Source of the DNA: Octopus vulgaris
Lineage: Eukaryota
DNA: 64,000 nucleotides
Direction of reading: 5' to 3'
NCBI GenBank assembly: GCA_951406725.2
Contig: OX597819.1
Span: forward strand, 13,144,001 to 13,208,000
Shown here: in pieces, positions 12,852-25,981 of the stretch
Numbering within the stretch: position 1 is the stretch's first letter
Layout: the number at the start of each line of letters is the position of its first letter
The notes under the pieces: generated by a model
Told to the model about the DNA's origin: nothing
What the model saw: the letters and a program-made list of their open reading frames with translations, nothing else
Databases searched by the model: none
Program-made: the position numbers and the translations under genes

Positions 12852-14209
12852 GTTTACCTTTTTTTAACGGCCCTGGTACGATTAAAAACAAAATTGATCT
12901 CAGCAGGATTTGAACTCAGAATGTAAAGAACTGGAAGAAACACTGTTAAGCATCTTGTCCGATGCAGTTATTATTCTGCAAGCTTGCTGCTTTCAATGAT
13001 GGATAAGCCATTTTGTGTCCAAGAATAGAGACATATTATAAGCTTTAAGAACCATACTGTGGACAAGGGCACATACATAAAATTGCGTGTATGGAAAGGT
13101 GTTCCCTTTTTGTATATAAACTGCAGAAAACAATGCTACACCTTCACAAATTGGGACTTTTCTTTTCTTTTTACTCTGATGGTGGTCCATTTTCAAAGTG
13201 AAATGTCTGCCAAGTAAGACCTGTTGACTACTTGTAATCTTTTAATCTATTTTATCATCAACATGATGAGATGCTAACATCCTGTTCTACTTCTCCTGCA
13301 TCCTTTCCGCCCTCTCACTTCTTGTCTTTTATTATCTCAACAACCGTTTCTTTCTCTCTTCCTACAAGTTTGTAACTTCCAATTTTAAGCAATTCTTGGA
13401 AATAAATAAAATAAACAATACGGTGAACAAGAAAGAAGATTTCTTTGAAGTTTCATTAAAATATGAGGAACATCTTAAAGGAAGTTGTAAAAAGTCGTTC
13501 CATAAAAGTGTGCCTGTATCTGAATTGGGCGGCGGCGGCAGCAGAGGGACAACTCATTCTTCCTATCTTCCTCTCTTCCCCACCCACCATCATCATCACC
13601 ACCGCCCCCGCCACCTACGATATTCCTTTCCTTCCGCTTCTATGCCAAGTGACCAGCTCATCATCTCTGACTACAAACTCTTGTTTACCTATAAATACTA
13701 CCATTTCCGAATTATTTCTTCCTCCACAATATTCACACTTGTTTATTCATACAGCTGGTTTACATTTCGTCTCATTCAACTTCCCGTATTTTGTGTAAAT
13801 TTGTGTTGTTCAGACATGATTTCGCTGGAAGGCACACCTTTTTCACTTGCCTAGACACCTCGCCCCCCCACCTCCTAGTCCCACCAATTTCTTTGCTTTC
13901 GTCATTTCCCTCAGTTTTTTTCATCCATCCATCTGTTATTTTAATGAAAATGGCTGTTCAAGAAATTCTACTCTTATCAAAGTTTACACTGTATTATATT
14001 TGTATAGCAACGTCTGAGTGTCTGTTCCTGTTGTTGGAAACTGCCTGGACTTGTCAGCTTGGTTTTTTATTCCATTCACAAAATCAACTGAGCAAAAATA
14101 CATAAATTTGTCAAAGAAAAGGTTGAAATATTTCTGTATTTTAACACAGGTGTGTGAATGTATGTGTATACATGACTATATATATATACATATATACATA
14201 TATACATAT

Positions 14210-14263
<54 letters not shown>

Positions 14264-14348
14264 GGGTAGCGAATATTTCCAGAAATTTCACATCCAGTGG
14301 CCTACCATGTATAAAAAGTCAATAGACAACATATTCTCAATATACAAC

Positions 14349-14379
<31 letters not shown>

Positions 14380-14954
14380 TATATACATACACACACACAC
14401 ATTCACACAAATTTGGAACAAAATATATATGTATATATACACACACACACATTTACATATGCATAATGAAACATCTCTCTCTAAATATATATAAAGAGAG
14501 AAAGCACTTTAAAATTTTCTTGTCCTTCATACACAAACAGATGAACATACTATCATTTAATGCCTCTTTTCCATGCTGGCATGGGTTGGACAGTTTGACA
14601 GGATCCAACAAGCTGCAGGGCTGTGTCAAGCCCCTATGTCAGTTTTGGTATAGTTTCTATGACTGGATACACTTCAACCACTTCAAAGAATGTACTGGGT
14701 GCTTCTCTTCATGGTGCTGGTACCAGTGAAATCACCAACTTGCAAGAAAGCTCCTAACCTCACTGCAGTGGCTGTGTTATAAAAAGCTTGTTTTCCAACC
14801 ACATGGTTCTGGGTTCAGCCCCACTGTTTGGCACCTCAGGTGAGTGTCTTCTACTATGGTCCCATGCTGGCCAAAGCCTTGTGAGTGGATTTGATAGATG
14901 GAAACTGAAAGCTCATCATATATAATAATGTGTATATAATGCATGTTTATGAAG

Positions 14955-15190
14955 AGCAATGCTACATGGTAGTGAGATGTGGGCCCTGAATACAGAGGAC
15001 ATGTGAAGATTAGAGAGGAATGAAGGTAGTATATATAACAAAGTATTGATCACTTAAAGTGGATGGAACTTGTGGACTAGGGAGACCCAAGAAGACGTAG
15101 GATGAAGAATTGAGGGCCAATATCAAGCTGATGAGACTTACAAAGGAGATGACAAAGGATCAAGATATCTGGTACCTTGCTGTACTCAAG
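14955..15190 (+). mobile_element. Degraded RTE-clade LINE fragment
   Basis: Translates to AMLHGSEMWALNTEDM*RLERNE and GRPKKT*DE, typical RTE C-terminal motifs. Confidence 0.65.
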
Positions 15191-16539
15191 AATCGATATC
15201 CGAAAACCACCTTGGTAATGCTTATCCATGAAGGGCTCTGCTCCATCAACCGTTTCCCTTCCATAGATATTTCATCTAATACCCATCACTTCTTCCATCT
15301 CATGAGAGCAGAGTAGGCAATACTACATCCCCTGGCTTTTTCAGTTACCTTCCACCCCCAGTTACCTTTCTTCACCCCACCTATTATCTCCAATCCCCTC
15401 CTTTCTGCACCTTCTCCCTTACTCTCTATGCTGCTCTCCATCATCAACTCCTTGTGACTTGTGATCACCCTCAATGCCCTCACATATCTACTGCAACCTC
15501 CGCCCACAATCCATTAGAATTTTCTTGCTTTTTTGTTGTTTCATCTGCTTAGTTGTGAAGGCAGGCAGGGTCCATGTCTTGTTACAGAGTCTCTGAGAAT
15601 GGTGGCGGTGGTGGGGAGGAGGACGGTATCCTCAAAATGGAAATCTGGTGTCAAATGCTTGCAACAGAGTGGACTCCACTAAAGATACCCAAACTGCCTG
15701 ATGGTGGTGCTAAACTGGGCAATATGTTAAGGGCTACCACGCAAGTAGGCCATGGATGGATTTGCACTTAGAATGGAAAGTGCCTGAACAAACACCACAA
15801 GGGCATCTGGTTTGAGATTATTACAGTTCCAGCAATCAACCGCTTCAGATTGGTACTTTCTTTACTAACCTCTGAAAACGTGAAAGACCAAGGTAACCTC
15901 TATGGGATTTGAACTGTGATCTGATTGCAAAGACTTGAAACAAATGCCACAAAGCATTCTGTTTGATGCTGATGATTCTGATGAATGGTTAAGGAGGATT
16001 GCTTGGCAATCCTAAGGTTTCACTTCTATTGACTGACATCTAGGGCTAATGTCGTTTTCTAAAGTCTCAGAGAAACCCATACCCTATAAGTGGAACTCAG
16101 TATTTGGAAACTGTGTAGAAGTCTTATCATATGGCTGTAATCTAAGGGTGCATCTTTGTCACACAGGGTCACACATTGTGTCACGCTAGTTATATCTTGG
16201 CTTTACATTTACAGCTGGTCTTCCATTGTTGCAGTGTCCAAGATGTGAAGCCTTGGTCACCTTTAAAGACGATGGTTAATCACTGAAACATAGCAAGGGA
16301 GAGGATGGAGAACTCTTCTGTTTGCCTCTTTACTTCCTGACATCTCAACCATAAATGTCAGAAACTCTGCTCCTCACAGTGATATCATTTTACTACTATT
16401 ACTGTCATTTTTTGAAAAATAAAGTATCACTGATGTGTGTGTGTGTATAGGCACACACACACACACACACACACTAATAACTCTTTACATGTTTACAAAC
16501 AAATCATATCTAATCTGATAACTAACAACATGGTGTAAT

Positions 16540-16831
16540 GTGATCTCTCTCTCTCTCTTTCTCTCTCACACACACACACACATATACCCATTATCTCTCT
16601 CTCACACACACACACATTTTATCTCTCACACGCACACCCATTTTCTCTCACATACACATAAACCTGTTTTCTCTCTCTTACAGACACACACACACACACA
16701 TACACACACATCCATTTTCTCTCACAACCTCACACACACACCCATTTTCTCTCACATACCCATAAATCCGTTTTTTCTCTCTCTCTCTCTCTCTCATACA
16801 CACACATATGCACACACACACACACACATTT

Positions 16832-16864
<33 letters not shown>

Positions 16865-16870
16865 CACCCA
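16540..16870. repeat. Compound (CT)n(CA)n minisatellite-like array
   Basis: Recurrent ccattttctctc(ac)n units. Confidence 0.85.
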
Positions 16871-17463
16871 TTTATTAGATAATCTATGATCCAATCGAAA
16901 CAAAAACAGAAGGTTTAGTGCATATGAGAAATTTATTCTTTGCAAAAAGAAAAAAAAAAAAAGGTATCAGAACTGGGTGCCCCTCTAACCCCTTCCTCGC
17001 TCCCACCACACTCACTCACCCGCCATGCATCTACATCTCTATCCGCTTGTTGATGTTTGTAGATATTCTATAGACCCAGGGTAGGTTGTGGGGGGTGGGT
17101 GGGTTGTTTCGTAAAACTTGTAAAAACTATCCGGAGAGAAGCTGATAATATAATGAGGTGACTCCTTTCCGCCCCACCCCCACATCATCTGTTCCCCCTC
17201 CAAAAAAAACATCCAAGACAGAGTATTAAGACAGTAAAAAGAAACTGCATGGGGATAAGCTTGGTCCCCTCTGACCCCCCACCTCCCCCACACCACCTCA
17301 TGTGTGTCTGACTTTGAATGCCTTTAAATTAGTTTTACTATCCGCTCTGGGTGTATATGGGGTGTATGTATGTGCGTATGTGCATGCATGTATGTGTGTC
17401 TATGTTCTTGCTTCCATGAATAATCTATGGGTGTGTGTGTATGTGTATATATATATATATATA

Positions 17464-17733
17464 GTTGTGTCTGGGGAAAGTCATTCTCTTTTGGTGCCAT
17501 TTATTCCTTTATTTTACTAAAATTTTCGTTGCGTCTTGCAACCTTTTCAAAACTAATGAAAAGGTTGCAAAATGCAACGAAAATTTTAGAAAAATAAAGA
17601 AGCAAATAAGTTGAAATTTTACTGGTGATCGTGTTAAATTATAAGTCACTAAAAGAGAATTACTCTCCCTAGACACAACAGAATATGCTTCAACACACGA
17701 ACTCACATAAAGAATCTTGCAAACCAAATCCCA
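17464..17733. mobile_element. Palindromic element in (TA)n carrying two divergent hammerhead-like motifs (U3-A8 type)
   Basis: Outer inverted repeat 17464-17498 / 17645-17679 and inner ~31-bp hairpin 17519-17587. A related fragment lies at ~42483-42555. Confidence 0.65.
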
Positions 17734-17839
17734 AAAATATATATATATATATATTTACACACACATACACACATATATATACATATATATAAATATATAT
17801 ATACATACACATACATATACGTATATACATATATATATT

Positions 17840-17871
<32 letters not shown>

Positions 17872-18328
17872 TACAAATGTGTGTGTGTGCGTGTGTGTAT
17901 CTTTTTGTGTGTGTATATGCACTGGCAGTAGCTTTGTCTTGTATCTTTGCTGAACTCTTCCTTTATGGTGATGCCATTCATGACTGTAGACCAGTTCTTG
18001 CTTAGAAGAGTCGATTGCATTGACTCCATGGCAACGATGGTGGAGGACGAGGCTGGTTTTATCGAGCCTTTCTCTCCTGTTGTTTGATTTCTTCCTTTTC
18101 TCTTGTGGTGGCTGCGAAGGTTTTGTTTCTGATGGTGATGGAACATTGTCACTTGGTATGGTCTCAGGCTTATGTTTCAAATGATTTAGGTTCAATTCCT
18201 AATCATGCAATCTCTGGTTCAGTCCCACTGTGCAGTACTGGGACAAGTGACTTCTACGAAAGCTGTGGACCCACCAAATCCTTGAGAGTTGATCTGGTAA
18301 ATGGACACTGAAAGAAGCCCCTCATATG

Positions 18329-18491
18329 TGCAGGAGTGACTGTGTGGTAAGTAGCTTGCTAACCAACCACATGGTTCCGGGTTCTGTCCCACTGCATGGC
18401 ATCTTGGGCAAGTGTCTTCTGCTATAGCCTCGGGCCAACCAATGCCTTGTAAGTGTATTTGGTAGATGGAAAGTGAAAGAAGCCTGTCGTA

Positions 18492-18535
<44 letters not shown>

Positions 18536-18743
18536 CATGTTTGTGTGTCTGTGTTTGTCCCTCTAGCATTGCTTGACAGCTGATGCTGGTGTGTTTACGT
18601 CCCCGTCACTTAGCGGTTCCGCAAAAGAGACCGATAGAATAAGTACTGGGCTTACAAAGAATAAGTCCTGGGGTCGATTTGCTCGACTAAAGGTGGTGCT
18701 CCAGCATGGCCGCAGTCAAATGACTGAAACAAGTAAAAGAGTA
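18329..18743 (+). mobile_element. SINE family A (preceded by an older head at ~18197-18320)
   Basis: Matches the family A consensus. Confidence 0.9.
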
Positions 18744-19579
18744 TATGTACATATACATATGTGCATGTGTGTGTGTACTTGTGTTTGTGTTTGTGTGTAT
18801 CCTTATGTTGACATCATCCAACAAAGGGTGTTCCTTTCCTGTATTTCATGAAAAACTTGTCCAACCATGGTAAAGTGTATATCAAGCAATACTGTCTGTA
18901 CTTATTTTATTATGGAATATGTGATTATATCTACATAGACATCGACCACAAGGCCACTCCATAATCCCATACAAAGCTGAGCCCACCAAACCCCTTTTCT
19001 TTCATAGGAGAAAATACCAGTTCATTGTAATCCCCCAATGTCCTCACAAAAACACACTGAAATCTAATTTTACTCTGTCTTAATTACACTTGGTACTTAT
19101 ACTGGTTTCACATTTTGGCACAAGGCCAGCAATTGTGGGGGAGGGGCTAAGTTGATTACATCGACCCTACTGCTTGAATGGTACGTATTTTACTGACACT
19201 GAAAGGAGGACATGTGAAGTCAACCTTAGTGGGATTTGATCTCAGAATGTAAAGACCTGAAATGACACTAATCATTTTACCTGGCATGCTATCAATTCTG
19301 CCAGCTCACTGCCCTATGATTAGAACTTATATTGCCAGCTTCAGAGGAATGAATGTCGAGTTGGTCTTAGAGGTCTTCATCTCAGAATTTAGCAATCCGC
19401 TCTTTCTTCCTATCAAATGGTTGCATTGTAACTACAATAAAGAAATCAATTGTGCATCGCCTACATTTCACTTGGTATCTGTTTATGTTGAGGTGGCCTG
19501 GACCGAGTAACAGGACATAATTATAGACTGTTTTCTTCAAGCATAGCCATTGAGTGAGACTGTACAAACACATGTGAAC

Positions 19580-19709
19580 TCACACACACACACACACAAA
19601 CAAATGTACACATACTTACATACATGTGTTCATATATATATATATATGTATATATAATATATATATATATGTAAACACACACATACATATGCACACATAT
19701 ATACATGTG

Positions 19710-19749
<40 letters not shown>

Positions 19750-19951
19750 CACACACATACATATGCATACATATATACATGTGTTCATATATATATATGG
19801 ATATATAATATATATAGATATACAAAATATATATAAACACACACATATATATGCACACATATATACATGTGTTCATATATATATAAACACACACATACAT
19901 GTGTTCATATATATATATATATATATATAAACACACACATACTTACATGTG

Positions 19952-19990
<39 letters not shown>

Positions 19991-20040
19991 ATACACACAA
20001 ACACACAGATACATACATACATACATACATACATACACAT
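19580..20040. repeat. Microsatellite-derived higher-order repeat (acatgtgttcat(at)n aaac(ac)n units)
   Basis: The unit anchor tacatgtgttcatata recurs six times. Confidence 0.85.
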
Positions 20041-21436
20041 GCATACTTGAGGTACTGGGATTCATAAGACAAGAGAGAACACGCCTTAATCAGAATATTA
20101 TTGCTACAAGCTGTTAATGTCAAAATAGGTAAAGCATACATGAAATTCATCAGGTAACAAGATCCACAAATGCAATGCTCTCCATTACTTGTGTCACTCT
20201 GTATAAATGTATACCCGTGTGCATGTATACAAATATACATACATGTATGTATACGTGCATATTGCATACACATACATGACTACTCTGATGCTGTCTAAAT
20301 TCCAATAAAAGAGTCTAGTTTCTTGGCTAAAAACTGCTTCTTTCTCCATTATCTTTCACCTGTTTCAGTCATTAGACTGCGACCATACTGGAGCACCAAC
20401 TTTAAAAATTTCTAAGTTGAATGAATCAACCCCAGAATTTACTTTTTTTATAAGTTTGGTATTAATTCTATCACTCTCTCTCTCTCTCTCTCTCTGTCAA
20501 TCAACACACACACATTAGGCTTCTTTCAGTTTCCATCTACCAAATCTACTGACAAGGTTTTAGTAGAAGACTTCTATTGAAGGCACCATGCAGTGTGACA
20601 GAACCTGAAACCCTGTGGTTGGGTATCAAGCTTCTCAACTGCACAGCAATGCCTGCATCTACTTTTAACACAGCTGGTCCCTTTGCAATGAGGCAAGATT
20701 GCATTAGAACCTTTGTGTTTATGTCTGTTTCATGGATTTATGGATCTATACGTGGAAGGTTTGTCTCCAAAGCAGGGATCTGGGCAGCCTTTTTTCTCTT
20801 TTTAATCAAAGACTTGCAAGTGATCATGCCTCCTCATTCCCAAGCTTCCAATGAAGTCCAAAGAAAAGTCAAAGACCAATACATCTTGTCACCAATATTC
20901 TTTTCTACTCTAGGCACAATGCCCAAAATTTTTGGGGAGGGAGCCAGTCGATTAGATCAACCTCAGTATGCAACTGGTGCTTAATTTATCGACTCTGAAA
21001 GGATGAAAGGCAAAGTTGAACTCAGAGGAATTTGAACTCAGAACATAAAGGCAGATGAAATACCGTTAAGCATTTCGACTAGTGTGCTAACGATTCTGCC
21101 AGCTCGCCGGAATGCAAAGAGCCAGAACAGACACTGCAAGGTATTTGATTGATGCTGTACCAATTCCGCCAGTCTGTAATTGGGCTGGTACTTCATTTAT
21201 GTACGGATTCGGTTGGTCTCGTATTTACTGACCCTGGAAGAATGACATGCACAGTTAGTCATGGCAGTATTTGAACTAAGAGCACAGATCATCAGAACAT
21301 AAGTGCAAGCTATTTTATCCATCGCTCTGACAGCTGTCAATTCACTGTGTCACACTGAAAGTCAAATTGGGGGTATGAACAGGTAAAGATAGAAAACCAT
21401 TGAGATATATACATACATATATATATATATGTGTGT

Positions 21437-21775
21437 GTGGCACATAAAAGGCACCTTTCAAACGTTGGGCCTCACAGAAGCAATGGCAAATGATCTAGGC
21501 CCTTCGTGATATGCCGTGCTTGAGAAAAAGGCCTATCAACCAAGTGAAATCATAGTCGTGGCAGATATTGGTGTCATACAACTGGCACCCTTGCTGATGG
21601 CACATAAAAGCACTTCTTACATTCTCAGAGTTGTTGGCATTAGGAAGGGCATCCAGCCATGGAAACCATGCCAAATCAGATTGGAGTGTGGTGCAGCCCC
21701 TCAGCTTGCCAGCTCTGGTCAAACCATCCAACCCAAGCCAACATGGACAACAGATGTTAAATGATGATGATGATG

Positions 21776-21777
<2 letters not shown>
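21437..21777 (+). mobile_element. Retroposon family C (3' tail ...ccaacccatgccagcatggaaa..cgttaaa(cgat/gat)n)
   Basis: Related copies at ~26304-26532 (-), 35341-35610 (-), 38290-38590 (+), 53438-53704 (+) and 53738-53878 (-). Confidence 0.75.
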
Positions 21778-21810
<33 letters not shown>

Positions 21811-22320
21811 TTTTATTTGTTTATCATTTGACCATGGCCATGCTGGAGCACCACCTTTAGTCGAACAAATGTATATATAGCCATCCCTCCACTCTGATGA
21901 CAGAAGCTCAATTTATCCAATGTTGATTGCTTCCACTATGATTGCATATTCTGATGAATTACATCTACCAACATGATGATGGATCTCTGAGCACCCAGAA
22001 ACGGCTGTTGGACTAATAACACCTTTCTTCCACACCTTTCATTTTCTCTGTCATTTGCACTCTGTGTAAGTTGGATCTATATATTTATACTTAAATATTC
22101 ATCATTTGGAAGTCTTCACTTTTTTGCTTTCTCTCATTTTGCATGCATATATATATATATATATATTGTATTTTATAGCCAAACTGTTATTTTTACTATA
22201 TCTAATTTGTTTATCTGCATTATTGTCTCTCTCTGTATATAGCCATCTACATATCATGCTTATGTACACAGTTGATAGGCCAGTTATTACAGTATTTGTC
22301 CTGAAATAACATCTCTTATA

Positions 22321-22375
22321 GTTAGGATTCTTGGCTTTCACCCAGGTGGCCTGGGTTCAGTTTCCAGCATGGGAA
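22321..22375 (+). pseudogene. 5'-truncated tRNA-Glu(TTC) relic
   Basis: gttaggattcttggctTTCacccaggtggcctgggttcagtttccagcatgggaa matches eukaryotic tRNA-Glu from the D-loop to the discriminator. The 5' acceptor strand is missing and the T-loop is mutated. Confidence 0.8.
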
Positions 22376-22958
22376 TGTTATATTTATACATATGTATGTA
22401 TACATAATTTTAGCAGGCATGTTATGGAGTGGCTTCAACCTAGCAACAGAGTATGTTAGATTTGCTGTTGAAAGTCTGCATTCACTTCAGCTGTCATTAA
22501 TTTTGCTAGCTTTTTTGCATTTGATTGGTGAAGGTTCAAGGTAGCTCTAGTATTAAAGAAGCCCTTTCTTCATTCAGCCGATTTCTTTCTAGCGTGTCTG
22601 TTTGTGTGTGTGTATGTGTTATCTTTTAGTTTTGATGATTCATAGCCTCTTCCTTTAACAAGATACTTTCCTGCATCTTACCTCCGCCAGTCTTGCATCT
22701 TGTTTTTACTTCCACCAAACTATTTCCTGTCAGGGTGGTGTTGGGGATTAGGGCGAGTTCGACAAAGAGTGGGTGTAATAAACTTTCTCAGGTTACATAC
22801 AGTAGAGAAAGCGGGGTAGGCCTTAAAACCTAAGACAGCACTATTGATGCTTGAGCCACCCAAACATTAGAACTATCACCACCACCACAACAAACAACAA
22901 CAACAACAACAGCTGCTATTGGTACAGTTGCACTGATAATGGCTCTTTTTATATTTTA

Positions 22959-23358
22959 CTAGCAGTATCGCCCGGCGTTGCTCGGGTTTGTAAGGGAAAT
23001 AACTATATAAGCATTTTTAGAGAGTTATAGCCAAAAAGTAGCAAAAAAATGCATTAAAAATGGGGAAAAAATGATAGTAAATTTTTATAAAAATCGTTGA
23101 CTCATCGTAGACATTTTTAGAGAGTTACTTCCCTTATATAATAGCGAAAAAAAAAGCATTAAAATGGAAAAAAATGATGGTAAATTTTTTTTTAAATCGT
23201 AGACTCATCGTAGACGCGCACTAATACCCAGAAGGGCTCGATATGAACCACGACTATAAGATACCCGGTTTTGGTTAAACTGCACCGCAAAATGTGGGAG
23301 TAGTTAGGAATCTAAATCGTAGGAGACAGACACACAACTTCACTTTTATATATAAAGA
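22959..23358 (-). mobile_element. Non-autonomous Helitron
   Basis: Minus strand reads A|TC...CTAG|T with no TSD and a subterminal hairpin cccgagcaacgccggg. It contains an internal ~105-bp tandem duplication. Confidence 0.85.
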
Positions 23359-23952
23359 TTTTATTCTTAAATTTTGTTACTCAATTGAGTGAAGACATCA
23401 TATTTGAGAAATCATAAACTGCTTTTGAGACATTAAAAATAAGAAATTAAAATTTAATCTTTTTAACCTTATTTAACTTGACTTCTCTGTTTATTTGTTT
23501 CTTTCATTCCATGTTCTGTTAGGTTTTAACAGACCGGAAATTAGTTAAGACTTCGCTAGTATTGCTTTCATTATGGTCGTTTCATGTAACGGTGGCAGTA
23601 ACAAGATCAACAACAATAATTTCAGTAATCTTTTACTATTACACCCATTTGACATTGAAGGATTAAGATTAAGATAATAACTGAAAGTGTATGTTTGGAA
23701 TGAAGCCATTCTGGTACTCAGGTTATTCCAAGTTATCGGTTTGCATATGAATATATATATTTTTAGTGGGAGACTATCTGCTATTTCTAGCAGGTTGAAG
23801 TACTGCATATAGATGTCCTCTCACTCTTGGCTCTCAGCTGCATGAGAGGATTTATCTAAAGAATGAGTGACTTCCAATGGTTTTGATGGTCAGATTTGTT
23901 CAAAACCAAAGGAAGAACATACATTTCACCTCAAAATGAAACGGATTCTTTT

Positions 23953-24358
23953 ATTCTTTTACTTGTTTCAGTCATTTGACTGCAGCCATGCTGGAGCACC
24001 GCCTTTAATCGAGCAACTCGACCCCGGGACTTATTCTTTTGTAAGCCCAGTACTTATTCTATCGGTCTCTTTTGCCGAACTGCTAAGTGACGGGGACATA
24101 AACACACCAGCATCGGTTGTCAAGCAATGCTAGGGGGACAAACACAGACACACAAACATATACACACACACACTTATATATATATACATATATACGACAG
24201 GCTTCTTTCAGTTTCCGTCTACCAAATCCACTCACAAGGCTTTGGTCGGCCCGAGGCTATAGTAGAAGACACTTGCCCAAGGTGCCACGCAGTGGGACTG
24301 AACCCAGAACCATGTGGTTGGTAAGCAAGCTACTTACCACACAGCCACTCCTGCGCCT
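23953..24358 (-). mobile_element. SINE family A, full length
   Basis: Matches the family A consensus. Confidence 0.9.
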
Positions 24359-24593
24359 ATGTATATTTCATCTCAGAAATTATGGTAAATTTTTTACCAT
24401 TTTATCTCCTCTCACTCTAAAATAGGCAACAAAGTCAGTCATTTTGAGGAAGGCTTATAAAGAGTGGATTCTATTAGCTCAGTTCTTACCTTGGCTGGTG
24501 CCATGTAAAAGTACTCATGCTGAGCCACATAAAAAGCACCTGTGCTGCCATGTAAAAAGCGCCCAGCACATTCTGTAAAGTGGTTGGCATTAA

Positions 24594-25064
24594 CCCATTC
24601 AATACTAACCCGGCTGAAACTGCCTCTGGGCTCAGTAGTACAAATGTCTTTTTTCCATAAGTTCTGAATTAAAATCTTCCACCAAACCTTAGTCACAATT
24701 TATGTTCCTGACACTAGCTTAATGATAACTAAGTTATTTTCCTAAATTCTTTGTTATATTTAAAATTAATTGAAAGAAACACAGAGCATCTCAAAATAAA
24801 TACGGTAACAAAAGGGTTAAAATATATAATAGACAAACAATTCTTAACCCTTTTGATACCAACCTGGCTGAAACCAGCCCTGGCTCTGAGTACAAATGTC
24901 TTGTTTTCATAAGTTTTGCATTAAAATCTTCCACCAAACCTTAGTCACAATTTATGTTCCTGACACTAGCTTAATGATAACTAAGTTATTTTTCTAAATT
25001 CTTTGTTATATTTAAAATTAATTGAAAGAAACACAGAGTATCTCAAAATACATTAACAAAAGGG
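24594..25064 (+). mobile_element. Two adjacent TTAA-flanked MITEs, family H (24594-24816, 24848-25064)
   Basis: Each reads TTAA|CCC...GGG|TTAA and their bodies are nearly identical. They interrupt a family C copy. Further copies at 53373-53978 and ~56490-56815. Confidence 0.8.
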
Positions 25065-25203
25065 TTAAAAAGGGCACCCAATCATAGAAAGCATGCCAAA
25101 TCAAACTGGAACCTGGTCAAACTGTGCAACCCATGCCAGCATGGAAAACAGATGTTAAATGATGACGATGATAATGATGGTTAACCTTGGCAGGATTTGA
25201 ATA

Positions 25204-25591
25204 TCTTTATATATAAAAGAGAAGTTGTGTGTCTGTCTCCTACGATTTTGATTCCTAACTACTCCCACATTTTGTGGTGCAGTTTAACCAAAACCAGGTA
25301 TCTTATAGTCAGGATTCATATCGAGCCCTTCTGGGTATTAGCGCGTGTCTACGATGAGTCTACGATTTAAAAAAAAATTTACCATCATTTTTTTCCATTT
25401 TAATGCATTTTTTTGCTATTATATAAGGGAAGTAACTCTCTAAAAATGTCTACGATGAGTCTACGATTTAAAAAAAATTTACCACAATTTTTTTCCCCAT
25501 TTTTTTTGCTATTTTTTGGCTATAACTCTCTAAAAATGCTTATATAGTTATTTCCCTTACAAACCCGAGCAACACCAGGCGATACTGCTAG
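25204..25591 (+). mobile_element. Non-autonomous Helitron, same family as 22959-23358
   Basis: A|TCtttatatataaaag ... cccgagcaacaccagg..CTAG|T. Confidence 0.85.
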
Positions 25592-25931
25592 TAGAAAATA
25601 AAGACTACCATAATATTGCAAGGCATTTCAGTTTTTTGGTGGCAGTCATTTTATCCTCATTGGTGTTACACAATAGTAGGAAGGTAGGTTGATGTTAAAG
25701 TGAAAGGCAACCATACTAATAATAATGTTTCTGTTATTTTCTGCAAATATGAACTGTCACACAGAGAGGCTTCGGTAGGCCTGGGGCTATAGTGGAAGAC
25801 ACTTGACCAAGGTGCTATGTGATGGGATTTGAACCTGAACATATGTGGTTGGGAAACCAACTTCTTAACCACACAACCGTGCCTGCAACTCTGCCCTTTT
25901 AATATCCCACCTTTTAGATCAAACCACCATT

Positions 25932-25981
25932 CTGTCAGCGAACAGGTCGCAGTCTCAAACCGACAAAAATATTTTGGCAAA
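25932..25981 (+). ncRNA. Degenerate second copy of the G3-C8 hammerhead-like motif (family F, ~25932-26110)
   Basis: ctgtca GCGAACA g GTCGC agtctcaaa CCGAC AAA A atat T T tggcaaa. U4 and G12 are mutated. Downstream sequence matches 7762-7840 in reverse. Confidence 0.45.

Noticed and set aside
22321-22375. Functional tRNA-Glu gene
   Set aside because: It lacks the 5' acceptor strand and A box, and the T arm is mutated. Kept only as a pseudogene.
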